Assembly (NCBI GenBank): GCA_964016885.1
Contig: OZ024743.1
Location: forward strand, 337,590,001-337,654,000
DNA length: 64,000 bases
Direction: 5' to 3'
DNA from: Eledone cirrhosa
Taxonomy: Eukaryota
In this document: piece after piece, positions 48,583 to 64,000 of the stretch
Layout of the letters: each line of letters begins with the position of its first letter
Numbering within the stretch: the first letter of the stretch is position 1
Notes under the pieces: generated by a model
What the model was told of the DNA's origin: nothing
What the model saw: the letters and a program-made list of their open reading frames with translations, nothing else
The model's database searches: none
Program-made: the position numbers and the translations under genes

Positions 48583-49162
48583 ATGTACTCGAAAATTAAG
48601 AGAAAGAGAAACATACATAATAGTTGCATCACAGTTTTGAGAATTGCCATACCTTTCTCTCAAAGATGGGTCATACGAACATGACATTTAGACCGTCCAA
48701 GGATCTAGATTCCTTTCTGCATATGCTGCAGCAAAAGAAAAAAGAAAAGGTCATGTTCCCGCAACACATATAAAAAGTCGTTTAGATCAAGTGATGCCTG
48801 TGCTTGAAACATTTTTAAGTGTAGAAGGGCCAAGTACTGAACCAATCCCACTCTCTAAATAACGGTGACAGGTATCCAAAAAGACAAATAGGTCAACATA
48901 TTTGACTGCCAACGAGACGCAGGCTTTACGTCAAAGTTTTCCTTCTATGAATGATGTATTAACAAGAACTAGGGGACTCTCACTAGCGGTAGGTTAACCG
49001 CGCGTTTAGATACCACACCAAGTATTTCTATATACCCGTGCATACATACATACATACATACATACATACATACATACATACATACATACATACATACATA
49101 CATACATACGTAAAGACACTCACTTATATACACAATACACAGACATATAAACATATAAATTC

Positions 49163-49250
<88 letters not shown>

Positions 49251-49768
49251 GACGTGTGGAACATCGCCGGCAAGCTTTTTTGTAAATTTCTATACAAAAA
49301 ACTGAACAAATTGTTTGAAAAAACATATCATTTTGTAGATTAACCCCCAAGCTGAATTGTCAGCTGGGTGGTAACCCCATTTTTCGCCCCTTTGGGGGCG
49401 AAAATTTAATTAAAAATTTGTTTTAAAAAATCAAATTTTGCCAACTATAAAACATGAATAAAGAACGCTGGAGAATGTTAACAGAGAAAAGAGAGGTAGT
49501 AAGGCAGATATTAACGTTATATCTGCTTCTGCCACTATGGACGTCGCCATGGATACGACTGTCAACAAAGAGAAAAAAATAATATTACCACTTGAAGATT
49601 TTAAAATTTCTACCGTCGAAGCGGAGAAAAATAACACACAGGAAAACACAGGAATTAAACCTATTAACATACATACACATGAAAACGACAACAACAACAA
49701 CTCCATAGATACATCTACACATAAAGTTTCACCTCGTCAAGAAATTGCGATTTCCAACACCGAGGCTG

Positions 49769-49807
<39 letters not shown>

Positions 49808-52800
49808 CAAAACAACAGCACAAAAGTGTCTTTCGCTGAAACAGTGAACAAAAAACAAGATTTTATAAATCTCTCTGTCAGCCAGGAGGTGGAGGGGGTG
49901 TAGCTGTCATGTTTCAGAAGAACCTGGACGTCAAAGTACAGCAAGTACACTTGGACCCGGAGGGTAGACTGGTAGTCCTAGACGTGAACAGTATTGGAGG
50001 TGGAGCCTTCAGACTGGTGGCCGTTTATGCCCCTACCGGGCAACCGCAATCACGGCCAGACTTCTTTAAGCGTCTAGAGTCTTTTCTGGAAACATCTCGC
50101 GCCTTACTTTTAGTGGGAGACTGGAATGGTATCCTAGATGCATGATGGGGCTATGTGGGAGCATGTCCCAGTAGAGGGGGGTGCAACAGCCTCAAAGCTT
50201 TAATCGGACAATTCCAGCTGGCCGATAGGTATCGACTGGATTCCCCGACTGCACCACAGTGGACGTGGGCAAACCGCAGCGGGATATCTAGATCGTATTT
50301 AGATAGGTTCTTCATTAGAGAAAGGGACAAGGAGATGTTAAGCTGTCCACGAATGCACATGGTTGCCTACTCAGATCACAAATTAGTCATCTGCTTAGTC
50401 AACCGTGATAGAATACATAGAATACATGCAATTAGAGTAGAATCGATAGAGTTTAGCAGAGAGTTAGCCTTAGAGAAAAACAAAATAGAAAGAGAACTGG
50501 TAGCCAAGGTAGAGGAGGTACTTAGAAGTGGCAACGCGTCTAGAGTGTTAGCGTCGAGAACGGCCTTAGACAAGTTCTTCGACGCGAAACACGAAGGCTG
50601 CGGGTTCAGAAGCAAAACACGTGCTCTAGGAAACGATGGAGCGAAAGCTGTAAGCTGGGCCCGAGTGGCGGAGGCAAAAAGTGTTCTGCAGGCAAGGGCG
50701 TAGTAACGCTGATCAGGAAAGACGAGAACAAGGAGGACGAAATTAACAACTTCAGGCCCATAACTCTGCTCAACACAGAGTTAAAGATTTTGGCCAAGAT
50801 GCTAGCGACGAGGTTGGAGCTTGTCGTCGAGAACCTGGTAGGGAAAGCGCAAACGTGTGCAATCCCGACCAGGTCCATACACGACAACCTCCACCTCATG
50901 TGATACAACATAGAGAGGGTGGACAGTAAACCCGGCTTTGGTGGGGCTCTGATCAATTTGGATCAGTCTAAGGCATTCGATAGGGTCGACCATCGATACT
51001 TGGAAGCGGTTCTCAAGGCGGTCGGTTTCGGTCCCGTGTTCAGAGGAGGGATCGAGGCGATGCACACCAGCATCTGCTCAAGGGTCAAGGTGAACGGCTA
51101 CCTATCGGAGCCGTTCCCAATCACGCGTTCCATTCGACAGGGATACCCTCTCTCCTCCATTCTGTATGTATTGACTCTAGAGCCACTACTGCGGAAATTG
51201 GAGCTGTTGCAGGGCATCCCTCTAGAACCGGGACTGCGCAAAGTGGCGTCGGCTTATGCCGACGATGAGACGGTAATGGTGTTGAGCAACTCGGAAATCG
51301 GGGTGATCGGCAACTTACTGAAAGAATACGAAACGCTGACGGGAGCAAAACTAAACCCGGACAAGTCTGTCGGTTTGCAACTCGGTACGTGGAGAGGCAA
51401 ACCGATGACGTCCGAATTCGTCGTTGGACGCTGGACGGACGGACCGGTGAAATTGCTCTGGGTCTGGTTCGGTCCAGACTTCCAGGTGGAGAAAAACTGG
51501 AACGAGGTCACGGCCAAGGTGTTTGCGCTCACCCAGAAGTAGGCAGAGTGCAAACTGTCCTTGAAAGGTAGAGCGGAGGTGGCGAACACTTTCATAGCGT
51601 CCGTCATCTAATACCGCTTGACTGTCGTGCCTTATCCCCGTGAACACCTCGCCAAGATGGAACGCGTGCTCTTTTAGTTTCTGTGGAAGGAGCAGGCTCC
51701 GCTGGTGAGGAGATCCGTCTGCTGTCAGCACCCTTCCAACGGAGGGCTGGGAATGCGGTGGCTGATGATGCTCAAACATGCGCTGAGGTTGCGGCATCTC
51801 CAGGTATTCCTCACCGACCCCCAACCGGTCTGGGCACCGTTTGTGAGACAGGCTTTCCCGCAGCTCGTCTCGCTGACGGAGCTGCAGACCGAAAACAATG
51901 GGCGCCTGGCACATTGAATGCGCTCAGGCGCTCACAGTCCTCTGGCAAGCGGGCATAGCAATCAGTGGAGACTCCACTTCGACATTCTATAGAGGGATTG
52001 TACGTTACAAGGGCGACGACGTGCTCGGAGAGACCCTGGGCGTCAAAGACGATGAGCTCACCAGTCTGTTTGGTAGGACTTTCCGCGCCTCGACATATGG
52101 ACAACTTCCAGAGGTCTCTGGTTTGGCAGTGCTACCGAGGAGCTCTACCAGTTCGTGACAAGATCTACAGGCACAGCCGCCCCAGCAGGGATCCTTCCAA
52201 GAGCACGTGTCCAAGATGCGCGCAAGACATTGAAACCGTCCTGCACGCTATTGTACACTGCCTGGGCGTAACCGACCCGTCGAATTATGCAGAACAACTG
52301 CTGTCGCGTATGGAACAAATCCAGTTGACTTCCGGATCCATAGTAAGCATCAAATCGCCAACTTCTTTCAAAAACGAAAGAGGGGCGGTTTTCCTCTGTA
52401 TAGTGGCTATGGTGAAAGAGGTTATATGGTGGACGAGATTGAGAGGACTGAAGACAGATGCCTTTCTCTCCGGACAACAACTCATTCCCTTCTTTAGATA
52501 CCACTTTAGAAGGAGAATCAGAGTAGAGAGAGAGGCACTGCACCCCAGTAAATTTATTGAAAGGTGGGTGAATGTGGCAAAAATGGCCCGAGTGATTGGG
52601 CCTTCTCTGTTTATAAGCCTGTAGGTTAAAGAAGAGAGCAAAAGGAAGAAAGGGGCACATGCACAACACTCCAGAAGTTGAGGGCTGTTCTATCGACGGG
52701 GTATTAAACAACCCATTTGTGAGGCTTCCCCCTATTGGGGATTTCGATTGTTATAATTGTTTGTTTTATATTGTTTACACGACTGTATGTAAAATCCCCG

Positions 52801-52855
52801 GCATATGTTTTTGTATTGTCTCTATTTCTTGTGCGCCCTTGTGGCAAGTAAAGAA
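49251..52855 (+). mobile_element. Decayed, internally deleted Tx1-like LINE, copy 4 (same subfamily as copy 3)
   Basis: 5'UTR nearly identical to copy 3. APE and RT fragments with stops (GDWN, SDH, YADD). (TATC)n on both sides. Confidence 0.9.
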
Positions 52856-52899
52856 ATATATCTATCTAGCTATCTAGCTAGGTATCTCTCTATCTAACT

Positions 52900-53102
52900 A
52901 GGAAAAGAATCAGGACCCCGGCGGCTGAGCTCCGGTCGTTTCGGATCCTAACTCAGTTTGGATCCGAACTCTGTTTGGATCTAGCTGTCGAAACGGCCGG
53001 AGCTCAGCCCTCGGTGTCCTGACTCTTTCCATATTACCCACTCTACTACCCGAAGTATGGAGTACTCTGGTGCGTTATGGTCCCCCTGGTATTTTACCAC
53101 AC
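52900..53102 (+). mobile_element. Family B fold-back element
   Basis: Inverted arms around ~52945-52988, then the family body. Confidence 0.75.
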
Positions 53103-53269
53103 CCTCTTTGCTATCTATCTATCTATTATCTATCTATCTATATCTATATATAACATATATATATACACTCTACTCGCCAGTATTGAGTGCTCATTCAGTT
53201 ATGTTCCAATGTGTGAAATACTACGGTAGGTTAGACACATTCAAACATATATATATATATATATACATA

Positions 53270-53455
53270 TAGATCCCGGGTGAAATCGGGGGTAACCACA
53301 GTTAAAAAGGTACTCAATGCATTAGTAGAGTGTAAACATAATTATTTAATATAGAAATGGCTTCTACTAGAACTGTTATATTCGTATGAATTCATTAAGA
53401 ATTCCCAGATGATTTCATACGAATGAAACAGCTCTAGTCATGTAGAAGACATTTC
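53270..53455. mobile_element. Family D fold-back copy with degenerate hammerhead
   Basis: 53270-53400 is the reverse complement of ~4712-4845, followed by forward CAGATGA..GAAACAGCTCTAGTCATGTAGAAG. Confidence 0.65.
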
Positions 53456-53769
53456 TCTCTCTATATATATGTGTGTGAGTGTGTGTATCAATGAGCACAT
53501 GTGCGTATGTGTGGTATGTGTGTTCATGATAACATGTGTGTATATATGTGTCAGCCTGTCTGGGTATGGATGCGTGCGTGCGTGTGTGTGTGCGTGTGTG
53601 TGCGTGTGCGTGTATGTGAGTGTACCTGCGTGAATTTATCCTCACAGTTATCGCTATTATCTCGTCTTCGTGTCCGTTGAGATATCCGCTGAGTTATATA
53701 CTTGAAACCAGGGTATGGATCGAATGGCCGAATTACCAGCCATACCTATATAGATGTACATAGATGTAC

Positions 53770-55400
<1,631 letters not shown>

Positions 55401-56691
55401 ATACATACATGCATACATATGTATATTCGTGTATGAGACTAGACATTTGTACAATACATACAAAATTGCGGCTACAGTAGATTATATTAAATATATTTTC
55501 ATTGTTTTTACTTATTGTCTTCAGAATTATGACTAGTTACTCTGCTTTGAGATAGGTAAAAGTAAAGGGTTTTTATCTGCTGTTGGTGTCCTAGGGGCGA
55601 CGTTCTGATACATGGTGTGTTTGGGGGATTTTAAACATGGCGTAACCAATCTCTTTCCGAGTCGGAAAATATCCGATTTCTTCCTGAAAAGGAGACAAAA
55701 GAAACAACGACCCCAATACTGAAATGACACTTCATCTATCGTGCTAGAGTTATTGATGTAAGACAAAGTTTAGCTTGGAGGGATTTGAAGAAGAAGAAGA
55801 AGAAGAAGAAGAAGAAGAAGAAGAAGAAGAAGAAGAAGAAGAAGAAGAAGAAGAAGAAGAAGAAGAAGAAAAAGAAGAAGAAGAAGAAGAAGAAGAAGAA
55901 GAAATAAGGCTGCATAATTGGCAAAATTGCTAGGGAGTTGAATTAGAAATGTCTGGGTGTGTGTTCCAGCTCTCTGCACCCCTCCACTCCTCCTCCTCAT
56001 CCCCATCTTCTTCTTCTTCTTCTTCTTCTTCTTCTTCTTCTTCTTCTTCTTCTTCTTCTTCTTCTTCTTCTTCTTCTTTCGTACTAAACACGTCGAGTTT
56101 TTTCTGCAAGTACTATAGCCGTAGTAAGAAACTCTATGGAAAGTTGCACAACAGCAATTCAGAGATGAAACCCTTCCACACCTTAACTCCTTGACACCGG
56201 ACACCAAAGATGAAGCCAACACCCACATTAACTCCTTATGCTCTAATGGATCAGACCGATCATTGTTTTGTAAGGGAATTTTGGCTAAAGAGCTATGGTG
56301 CACGAGATTAAAAGAAGTGGGAACAAATATTTTAGTCTTCGGCCAAGCCCTCATCAATCTAATTTCCTCTTAGAGATGATGGGCATAAGGTAGGAAAGGG
56401 AGGTGTTGACTTCCAGCAATTTCTTTGTAAACTGGGTAAGTGTGGTGAGGATAGCTTGAGTGAATCAGACCACTCTGAGCTTGTAACCGTGGACCGAAGG
56501 ACAAAGCTGGGAGAGGGCACTTACTCTGCGTACCAAGAGAATTCTGGATACGTAGGGGTTTCTTGAAGAGGGTGTATTTCCTATTATACGGTCGCTTATA
56601 TCTGTGTTCAGAACCCGATTTTACGTAAACCCATGTCATTATTGAAATTTGCACTTGCCATGACCCCACATCTGACACCATTATGGTAAGT

Positions 56692-57477
56692 AATACTTTC
56701 CTTATGTATATTAACGGCTGAGCAGCCTAATTTGCATATCGAGTGAGTTAATCGGCCGGGCGCACCGAAAACGATAAACGGAAAAATGAACCGAAATTTC
56801 ATTTCTCACTCTTAGTACGGCTGTTACTTAAATATAAGTATGTATACTTTGTCAGTGATGAACAAAAGGGCAACGAATGTTGCTAAACACTGTACGGCTT
56901 AATTCGGGATGTTTGTTTACAAACACACCGAGCATTATAATAAATGTTCGGTAAATCCATACGTACATATATATGTGTGTGCATGTATGTATATATATAC
57001 ATACTACTGTACGTCTGTATACATATATGTATGTACGTATACATACTTATATTTAAGTAACAGCCGTACTAAGAGTGAGAAATGAAATTTCGTTTCATTT
57101 TTTCCGTTTATCGTTTTCAGTGCGTCCAGCCGATTAACTCACTCGATATGCAAATTAGGCTGCTCAGCGGTTAATATGCATAAGGAAAGTATATACTTTC
57201 AGACGTTCAATCATCTGTCAGGAAGGTATACGGTGCTGACGATAGCTAATAAGCTTGAAACTAGTACATCGTTCCTTTGTCAGTGTTGAACAAATGGGCA
57301 ACGATGGTTGCTAGACACTGTACGGCTTAATTCGGGATGTTTGTTTACAAACACACCGAGCATTATAATAAATGTTCGGTAAATCCATACGTACATATAT
57401 ATGTGTGCATGTATGTATATATACATACTACTGTACGTCTATATACATATATGTATGTACGTATACATACTTATATT

Positions 57478-57478
<1 letters not shown>
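56692..57478 (+). mobile_element. Retrozyme-like family E: 428-bp unit, partial tandem, inverted 5' segment
   Basis: TTTGTCAGTG at 56848 and 57276. 56692-56847 is an inverted copy of ~57037-57192. Confidence 0.85.
57231..57271 (+). ncRNA. Minimal type I hammerhead ribozyme
   Basis: CGGTG-CTGACGA-T-AGCT-AATA-AGCT-T-GAAA-CTAG-TA-CATCG; palindromic stem III ACTAGT; GUA triplet. Confidence 0.88.
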
Positions 57479-57567
<89 letters not shown>

Positions 57568-57573
<6 letters not shown>

Positions 57574-57761
57574 TGATGGTCGCTAAGATTCTTCCATAGG
57601 CGGTATGCCGGTTGATCACACTATGTTCTTACAGAGCAGAGTATGATATAATATAAAACGAAATCATTAGACGTGTCCGTCGAACCTGCGGATCCAGAAT
57701 CAGACAAATCCACACAATGATCGTGTCACGAGCTGTCCGCCGGCGAAACAATTGTAACACA
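57568..57761 (+). ncRNA. Hammerhead motif with a long stem-II insertion (A9>G)
   Basis: TGTGT-CTGATGG-T-CGCT...GGCG-GAAA-like junction (CGGCGAAA)-CAATTG-TA-ACACA. Confidence 0.55.
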
Positions 57762-57812
57762 TAATAAATTGAGTTCAGATGCATCACTGATTTTTCGTTT
57801 TATATTATATAT

Positions 57813-58187
57813 ATATTGTTATACTTTGGGAGGGTCATGTTGCCAATAAGAAACACACGCACCAGTTGCTTTCACTTCAATTTATTATATATTTATAAAT
57901 TTACAAATTTACAAATTTATAAATTTCTGGTTGGTTAGTTCCTCAATCAGATAGTTGTTTATATATAGTCATAGTCCTTTTGTCACACACTGAAGAGGTC
58001 ACAGAGTGTGTGACGAAAGGACTATGACTATATATAAACAACTATCTGATTGTGGAACCAACCAACCAACCAGAAATTTATAAATTTGTAAATTTGTAAA
58101 TTTATAAATATATAACAAATTGAAGTGAAAGCGACTGGTGCGTGTGTTTCTTATTGGCAACATGACCCTCCCAAAGTATAACAATAT
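57813..58187 (+). mobile_element. Family A fold-back (~180-bp arms) with hammerhead core in the spacer
   Basis: 57813-57991 is inverted with 58005-58187; CTGAAGAGGTCACAGAGTGTGTGACGAAAGGACTATGAC at the centre. Confidence 0.85.
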
Positions 58188-58349
58188 CGGTTTCAACACA
58201 CGATTTCAGATAAAGAATCTTGCTAAACAAATTCAGAAACGAAATTATATATATATATATATACTCGCTTCCCTCTTCCTCTTCCCTTCCTACCTCCTAC
58301 TTTCTCACATATCTAGTGTATAAAATATTCTCCTATCATTCTACCATAA

Positions 58350-58466
58350 AGGTCTGACGACATGGTGTGTTCTCTTACAGTGTATATACGATTTATGATA
58401 ATATTTTTATATTATACAAATAGCGAGGTATAGGTAACCCACACACTATAGAAACAATTGTTACCT
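58350..58466 (+). ncRNA. Type I hammerhead ribozyme with a long stem-II loop
   Basis: AGGT-CTGACGA-C-ATGGTGTG...CACACTAT-A-GAAA-CAATTG-TT-ACCT; all three stems pair. Confidence 0.8.
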
Positions 58467-58509
58467 AGTAAATTCTTTATACCCGCATTTCCGTTTCATA
58501 AACTTCTTC

Positions 58510-58604
<95 letters not shown>

Positions 58605-58721
58605 CGAATGTAGAAAGGTAACACACGAGTTGATATATATAAAAACAAATAGTAGAAAGGAAAAAGATTTTTTCTGTAGAAAATGTTGAAGAGAAATTTG
58701 AAAGCATTAATTTATTGTGGG

Positions 58722-58902
58722 AGATTGGCAGTATCGGTAGAGAGTCGGACGCCATACTTTCCAGCATAGTTACGTCCCTTTACGGTCTGAGTTCATATCC
58801 CACCGAGGTTTACTTTGCCTTTCATCCTTACGAGGTCGATAAAATAAAGTACCAGTAATGCATTGGGTAATTGCTGGCCTTGTGCCTAAAGTAGAAACAA
58901 TT
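58722..58902 (+). mobile_element. tRNA-derived SINE
   Basis: Same family as 6573-6766. Confidence 0.85.
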
Positions 58903-59112
58903 AATTTATTTACAATACCGGTTTCAGCATTAAATGCATTGTCAATTGCAGATATCCAGAATATTAAGTTGCATATTTGTACAAATAGTGAAAATAATGA
59001 TAATAACAAAAATATATATATAAAGAGAGGAAGAAAAGTTAATTTTCACATACGTGAAGAAAGTCATTTTGTCAGTCCATCCTTCTTTGAAAAAAACAGA
59101 CAGGGAACTACA

Positions 59113-59166
<54 letters not shown>

Positions 59167-59179
59167 TATATATATGATG

Positions 59180-59225
<46 letters not shown>

Positions 59226-59227
59226 TA

Positions 59228-59442
59228 TCTAGCTGCTGTCGAAACGGCCGGAGCTCAGCTGTCGGGGTCCTGAATCTTTTCCTATATATTCATATATATA
59301 TATATATATATATAACGAAGGAGGTGTGGTAAGGAACCAGATGGACCATAACGCACCAGAGTACTCAATACTTAGGGTAGTAGAGTGGGTAAAAGGAAAA
59401 TGTTTGACCCCGACGGTAGAGCTCAAGCCGTGTCGACGGCTA
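59228..59442. repeat. Two opposed family B fragments
   Basis: Forward piece 59228-59285 and inverted piece 59312-59442 around (TA)n. Confidence 0.75.
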
Positions 59443-59809
59443 TTATATATATATATACATATATATATATATAAAGTTGTAGTTCCTGTCTGTTTCTTTT
59501 GTTTTTTTTGTGTATTAACAAACTCCTCCTATGGCTCTGGAGATAGACCACGATAACCATATATATTCTGAAATTACATTGCCCAGGGTACTTGGATAAG
59601 TATATTTCATTTTAATCAAAGGGTTCCCACTGGGAGGGGTGTCCCGGGGGCACGAACCCGCGGTGAAAATTGTTTCCCTTCGATTTATATGAAATTTAAA
59701 CCATAGGTAAATTACATGATATGATGCCTATTCACAAAATTTCAGCAGATTTCAATAATATTAAGACACCCTAATGGGGGTTAAACCGCCTATAGTGAAA
59801 ATTTGGCCA

Positions 59810-60516
59810 ATAAATGGAACAAGATCTGTTGAAACAAGATTGCATCAGAACTTGATTGAAACAACCATTATATTCGGGGCTTACAAAGGTCAAGCTCTTC
59901 TCATTCCGAGGATTCCACTTATACCAAATGATAGCGAGCTGCCTTTTACATTTAAGAGGCTGCAGTTCCCAGTGAGGCCATGCTTTGCTATGAGCATCAA
60001 TAAGAGTGAAGGTCAAATTTTCAAAACTATTGTTATAGATCAGACAAACCCATATTTCAGTCATGGCATGTTTTATGTGGCTGTTTCAAGGACTGAAACA
60101 TCAAGAAATCTCTACATTTTAGCCAATCAAGAAATGTTGTTTACCCTGAAGTTCTTCATTAAGACAAAGTATGAAATATATTTTCATGTATTTATTATGT
60201 TAAAAAATAAACAATTAAACTTTGAATTTCTAATTTGAAAATAATGCTTTACACAAAAATGAAAGGATCAAGTTTTGAATTTATATTTTGAAAAAAATTA
60301 TTTACAAGAAACAAAATAAGAATAAGATTTAATAATGTAATTTTGATTTGATATATTACAAAAAATAATGTTTTTCAATGTTTCATGCATTACATTTTAC
60401 ATTGAGTAATATTGAAATGCAGAATTTTTCTCCATAAATTATATCACTGATTTAAAATCATAATTTTCATACAAAAAAATGTGTGAAACGCAGCAAGGCG
60501 CGGGTAATTCGGCTAG
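59810..60516 (+). mobile_element. Helitron 3' portion with Pif1-type helicase C-terminus
   Basis: NGTR, LIPRIPLIP, LPFTFKRLQFPVRPCFAMSINKSEGQ, FSHGMFYVAVSR; GC-rich hairpin then CTAG at 60513-60516 followed by T. Confidence 0.85.
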
Positions 60517-60529
60517 TATATATATATAT

Positions 60530-60596
<67 letters not shown>

Positions 60597-60768
60597 CTGT
60601 AGACATCACCAAAATGGTATACTGTTATAACGTTTCGTATCCATGTTACTGTTACTCATGGCAAATAAACAGATGAATCTTATTTTCATTTCTTTTTCAT
60701 TTTTCATCGTTGTTGGGTTGAATTTTCTTCTTCTTCTTCTTATATGATAATTATTATTATTATGTACA

Positions 60769-60812
<44 letters not shown>

Positions 60813-61005
60813 GCACATATATACAAATATGTATGTATATATATATATATATATATATATTATTACTATTTTGATTACAAACATCTGCCCGGCAAGCTTC
60901 ATCTTACAAGACACGTGGCCGTGCCATAGAACATCGTTGGTAAAAAAGAGGATAGTTGATGGAAAAGGTTCGAAACATCTGTTTTATGTAAGACTATTGC
61001 GTCTG

Positions 61006-61080
<75 letters not shown>

Positions 61081-61098
61081 TGTATATACATATATGAG

Positions 61099-61163
<65 letters not shown>

Positions 61164-61183
61164 CTGTATGTATATACATATAT

Positions 61184-61268
<85 letters not shown>

Positions 61269-61529
61269 GTCGATGAGATAAAGAACAATTCCCCTTGAAT
61301 TCGTAATGCCAACAGCCAGAAATACATAGAAACATTGAAAATGTTATTATACACAAATAAACAATGAATATATAATTATATATATCTAAAATTAACCAGG
61401 AAAATAGAATTGGCAAGTTCACAGTAAATCTATATGTATATATTTATTTTTACACACATATATATATATATATATATATATGTCTTTTACTCTTTTTTTT
61501 GTATATATATATATTTGTATATATATATT

Positions 61530-61596
<67 letters not shown>

Positions 61597-62202
61597 CAAA
61601 TAGTTTATCTGTTTACATGCCAACACAGGAGCTAGAATGACGGGTCATTCTACTGACATGGCTTTAAAGAAGCCGTTTGCATAATTGCAAACGAATCGAA
61701 TATTATTATTAATATTGTTATACTTTAGGAGGGTCATATTACCAATAAAAACACACGCACCTGTTGGTTTTCACTACAATTTATTATAAGTTTTCGGTTG
61801 GTTGGTTGGTTCGTTCGATAGCCGGAAGGTTGTTTATATATTGTGAAAACTCTTTCATCACACATTCTGTAACCGCCTCAGTTACTAGGTTTTTATTTTG
61901 TGTGTCTCTCCTTTCTTCTGTTCTACACCGTCTTGTTTGTGTGTGTTGTGTGTTGTCCTTTGAGGAACTGGAATCATATGGTTCCAGTTCCTCAGAAGAA
62001 TAACAACACAACCAGGAGTTGGACATATCGATGTATTGACGGAGTAAAACACACTTCAACAACATGTGTACCTGTCTTTCCCACACCAATTCGGACTGCC
62101 TGAAGAGGTCAATGATGGCTGTCACCAAAATATATATATAGCAGTATATCTATAATTTATAATAAACGAAGCCAAACTTTACATATTTGACTTAATTATT
62201 TT

Positions 62203-62257
<55 letters not shown>

Positions 62258-62373
62258 TATAGATATATATATAATTGAAAAAATGGAGAATAACATGGCT
62301 AACAGTACAGAAGAGGAGATTTATTTACAGTCTAACAATTGTTTCATTGGTAGAGTTGTCTAAAAATTGCTAA

Positions 62374-62605
<232 letters not shown>

Positions 62606-62902
62606 ATATATATATATATATATATGGTCATTCTATAGGCCTGTTTGTGTCCGGCTGTTTTGTCTTCAGATTTGATGCGATATTTTTTGTATTAACACTG
62701 GTCTGAGGATCAGGCACACTTGGAGTCTGGTCTTGGATGATGACTCGGATCACGAGCCGGCTGCCTGGGAATTATTTGTAACTGGGTTGAGCAATAAATC
62801 TCATACGTAACACCTCCATATTATATACACTGTGCTCTGTATCGAGTGCTGACATTGGTTCCCTCACCAGTTTTCACCGGACTTACTGAATCTTTTGCAC
62901 AC

Positions 62903-63005
<103 letters not shown>

Positions 63006-64000
63006 CGTGTGTGTGTACGCGGACACGCGTGTGTGTGTATTCATATTTGTATATGTACAGTACAGAATTTAACCGATACTGCGTAAATGTTTATATAAAT
63101 AGACTTATTGTGTATGTAGACACGTACACCAATCCAATTTAGGTATATCCTTCTGAATTGAAAAAAAAATTATATTTTCTTAAACGATTTTTGACGCCAA
63201 TTCGTATCTCACCCGAGAATATGTACATCGAGAAATTAGATGGTAATGCATAACTGGTGACTTTATAAAGCCTGTAAATGCAGTAGCAATCACGAAAGAC
63301 GTACAAATGTGCATATTTTTAGTATCACTGTTGTTAATTAGTTTAGTATATATTAAACTGTGCACTAAGCAGCTGATATATACGTCAAATCTGTGTGTAT
63401 ATAAGAGTTGTTATAGCGGCGGATTTGAAATGCCTCCCTATTTGTTTCGTCATACTGCGCCCTGTTAAAATTCCCAACGAGATCAACTTTACCTTTCATC
63501 CATTCGAGATTGTTAAATAAAACACCAGACCAGGGTTTAAGTTGATTTTTTTCTCTGGGAGAAATTAGCTGTGTTCTGATCTGGAGAGAGATGGGCTTGT
63601 CAGGTTTAAAATGCCCAAGACATGCCCTCTGCCATGACGGCACCCCTACGACTCCATCAAGAGTTAAGAGCCCTTTACGTAAATTAATTTAGTTAGCTTA
63701 GTTGTTATAAAATATTTCATGTGCGGAGTACAGCTGTAACTCACCTTTAGGCAGCTACTGTTGAATTGTTTTCTGTAACGGTCGCTTTTACTCGAGTGAA
63801 CCAAAATAACAGGGATTTGGATGTAGCCAAATAAGCGTGTAAATCCATCTTCTATGAGTTCCGTTAACCAGGACTGTCTAATATAAGACCGGCTGTGTGT
63901 CGTTGATAATTGGGTTGAAAATTGTCTTACTATCAGAGTTCTGGTTGTGGTTATTGTATTGATTGATCTATCTTGTAGCTATTGTATCGATATTCTGACT

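Noticed and set aside
55788-56077. (GAA)n followed by (TTC)n as an element with terminal repeats
   Set aside because: No unique-sequence symmetry or coding evidence; treated as two microsatellites.

Overview
AT-rich, microsatellite-dense animal DNA with no recognisable host gene. The SINE family and repeat landscape suggest a coleoid cephalopod, probably an octopod (inference). Almost all short ORFs in the track are microsatellite artefacts. The window holds four groups of elements. (1) L1/Tx1-group LINEs: two apparently full-length copies, two internally deleted copies and two 3' stubs, all inserted in the same orientation into (TATC)n, with a perfect 24-bp target duplication at one copy. 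(2) Penelope-like elements: one RT+GIY-YIG copy with inverted pseudo-LTRs and one Naiad-like GIY-YIG remnant. (3) About a dozen unrelated short non-coding repeat families carrying type I hammerhead ribozyme motifs, usually as fold-backs or partial tandems in (TA)n (retrozyme / non-autonomous PLE-like). (4) RTE, CRE-like and R4-like LINE fragments, Helitrons, MITEs and tRNA-derived SINEs. The most novel-looking signals are splice signals that exactly bracket ORF2 in both full-length Tx1 copies (predicting an ORF1-only spliced mRNA), a candidate hairpin-masked 5'UTR intron, (TATC)n target specificity, and tandem ribozyme units that start about 10 nt after the predicted cleavage site. All structures were folded and aligned by eye.
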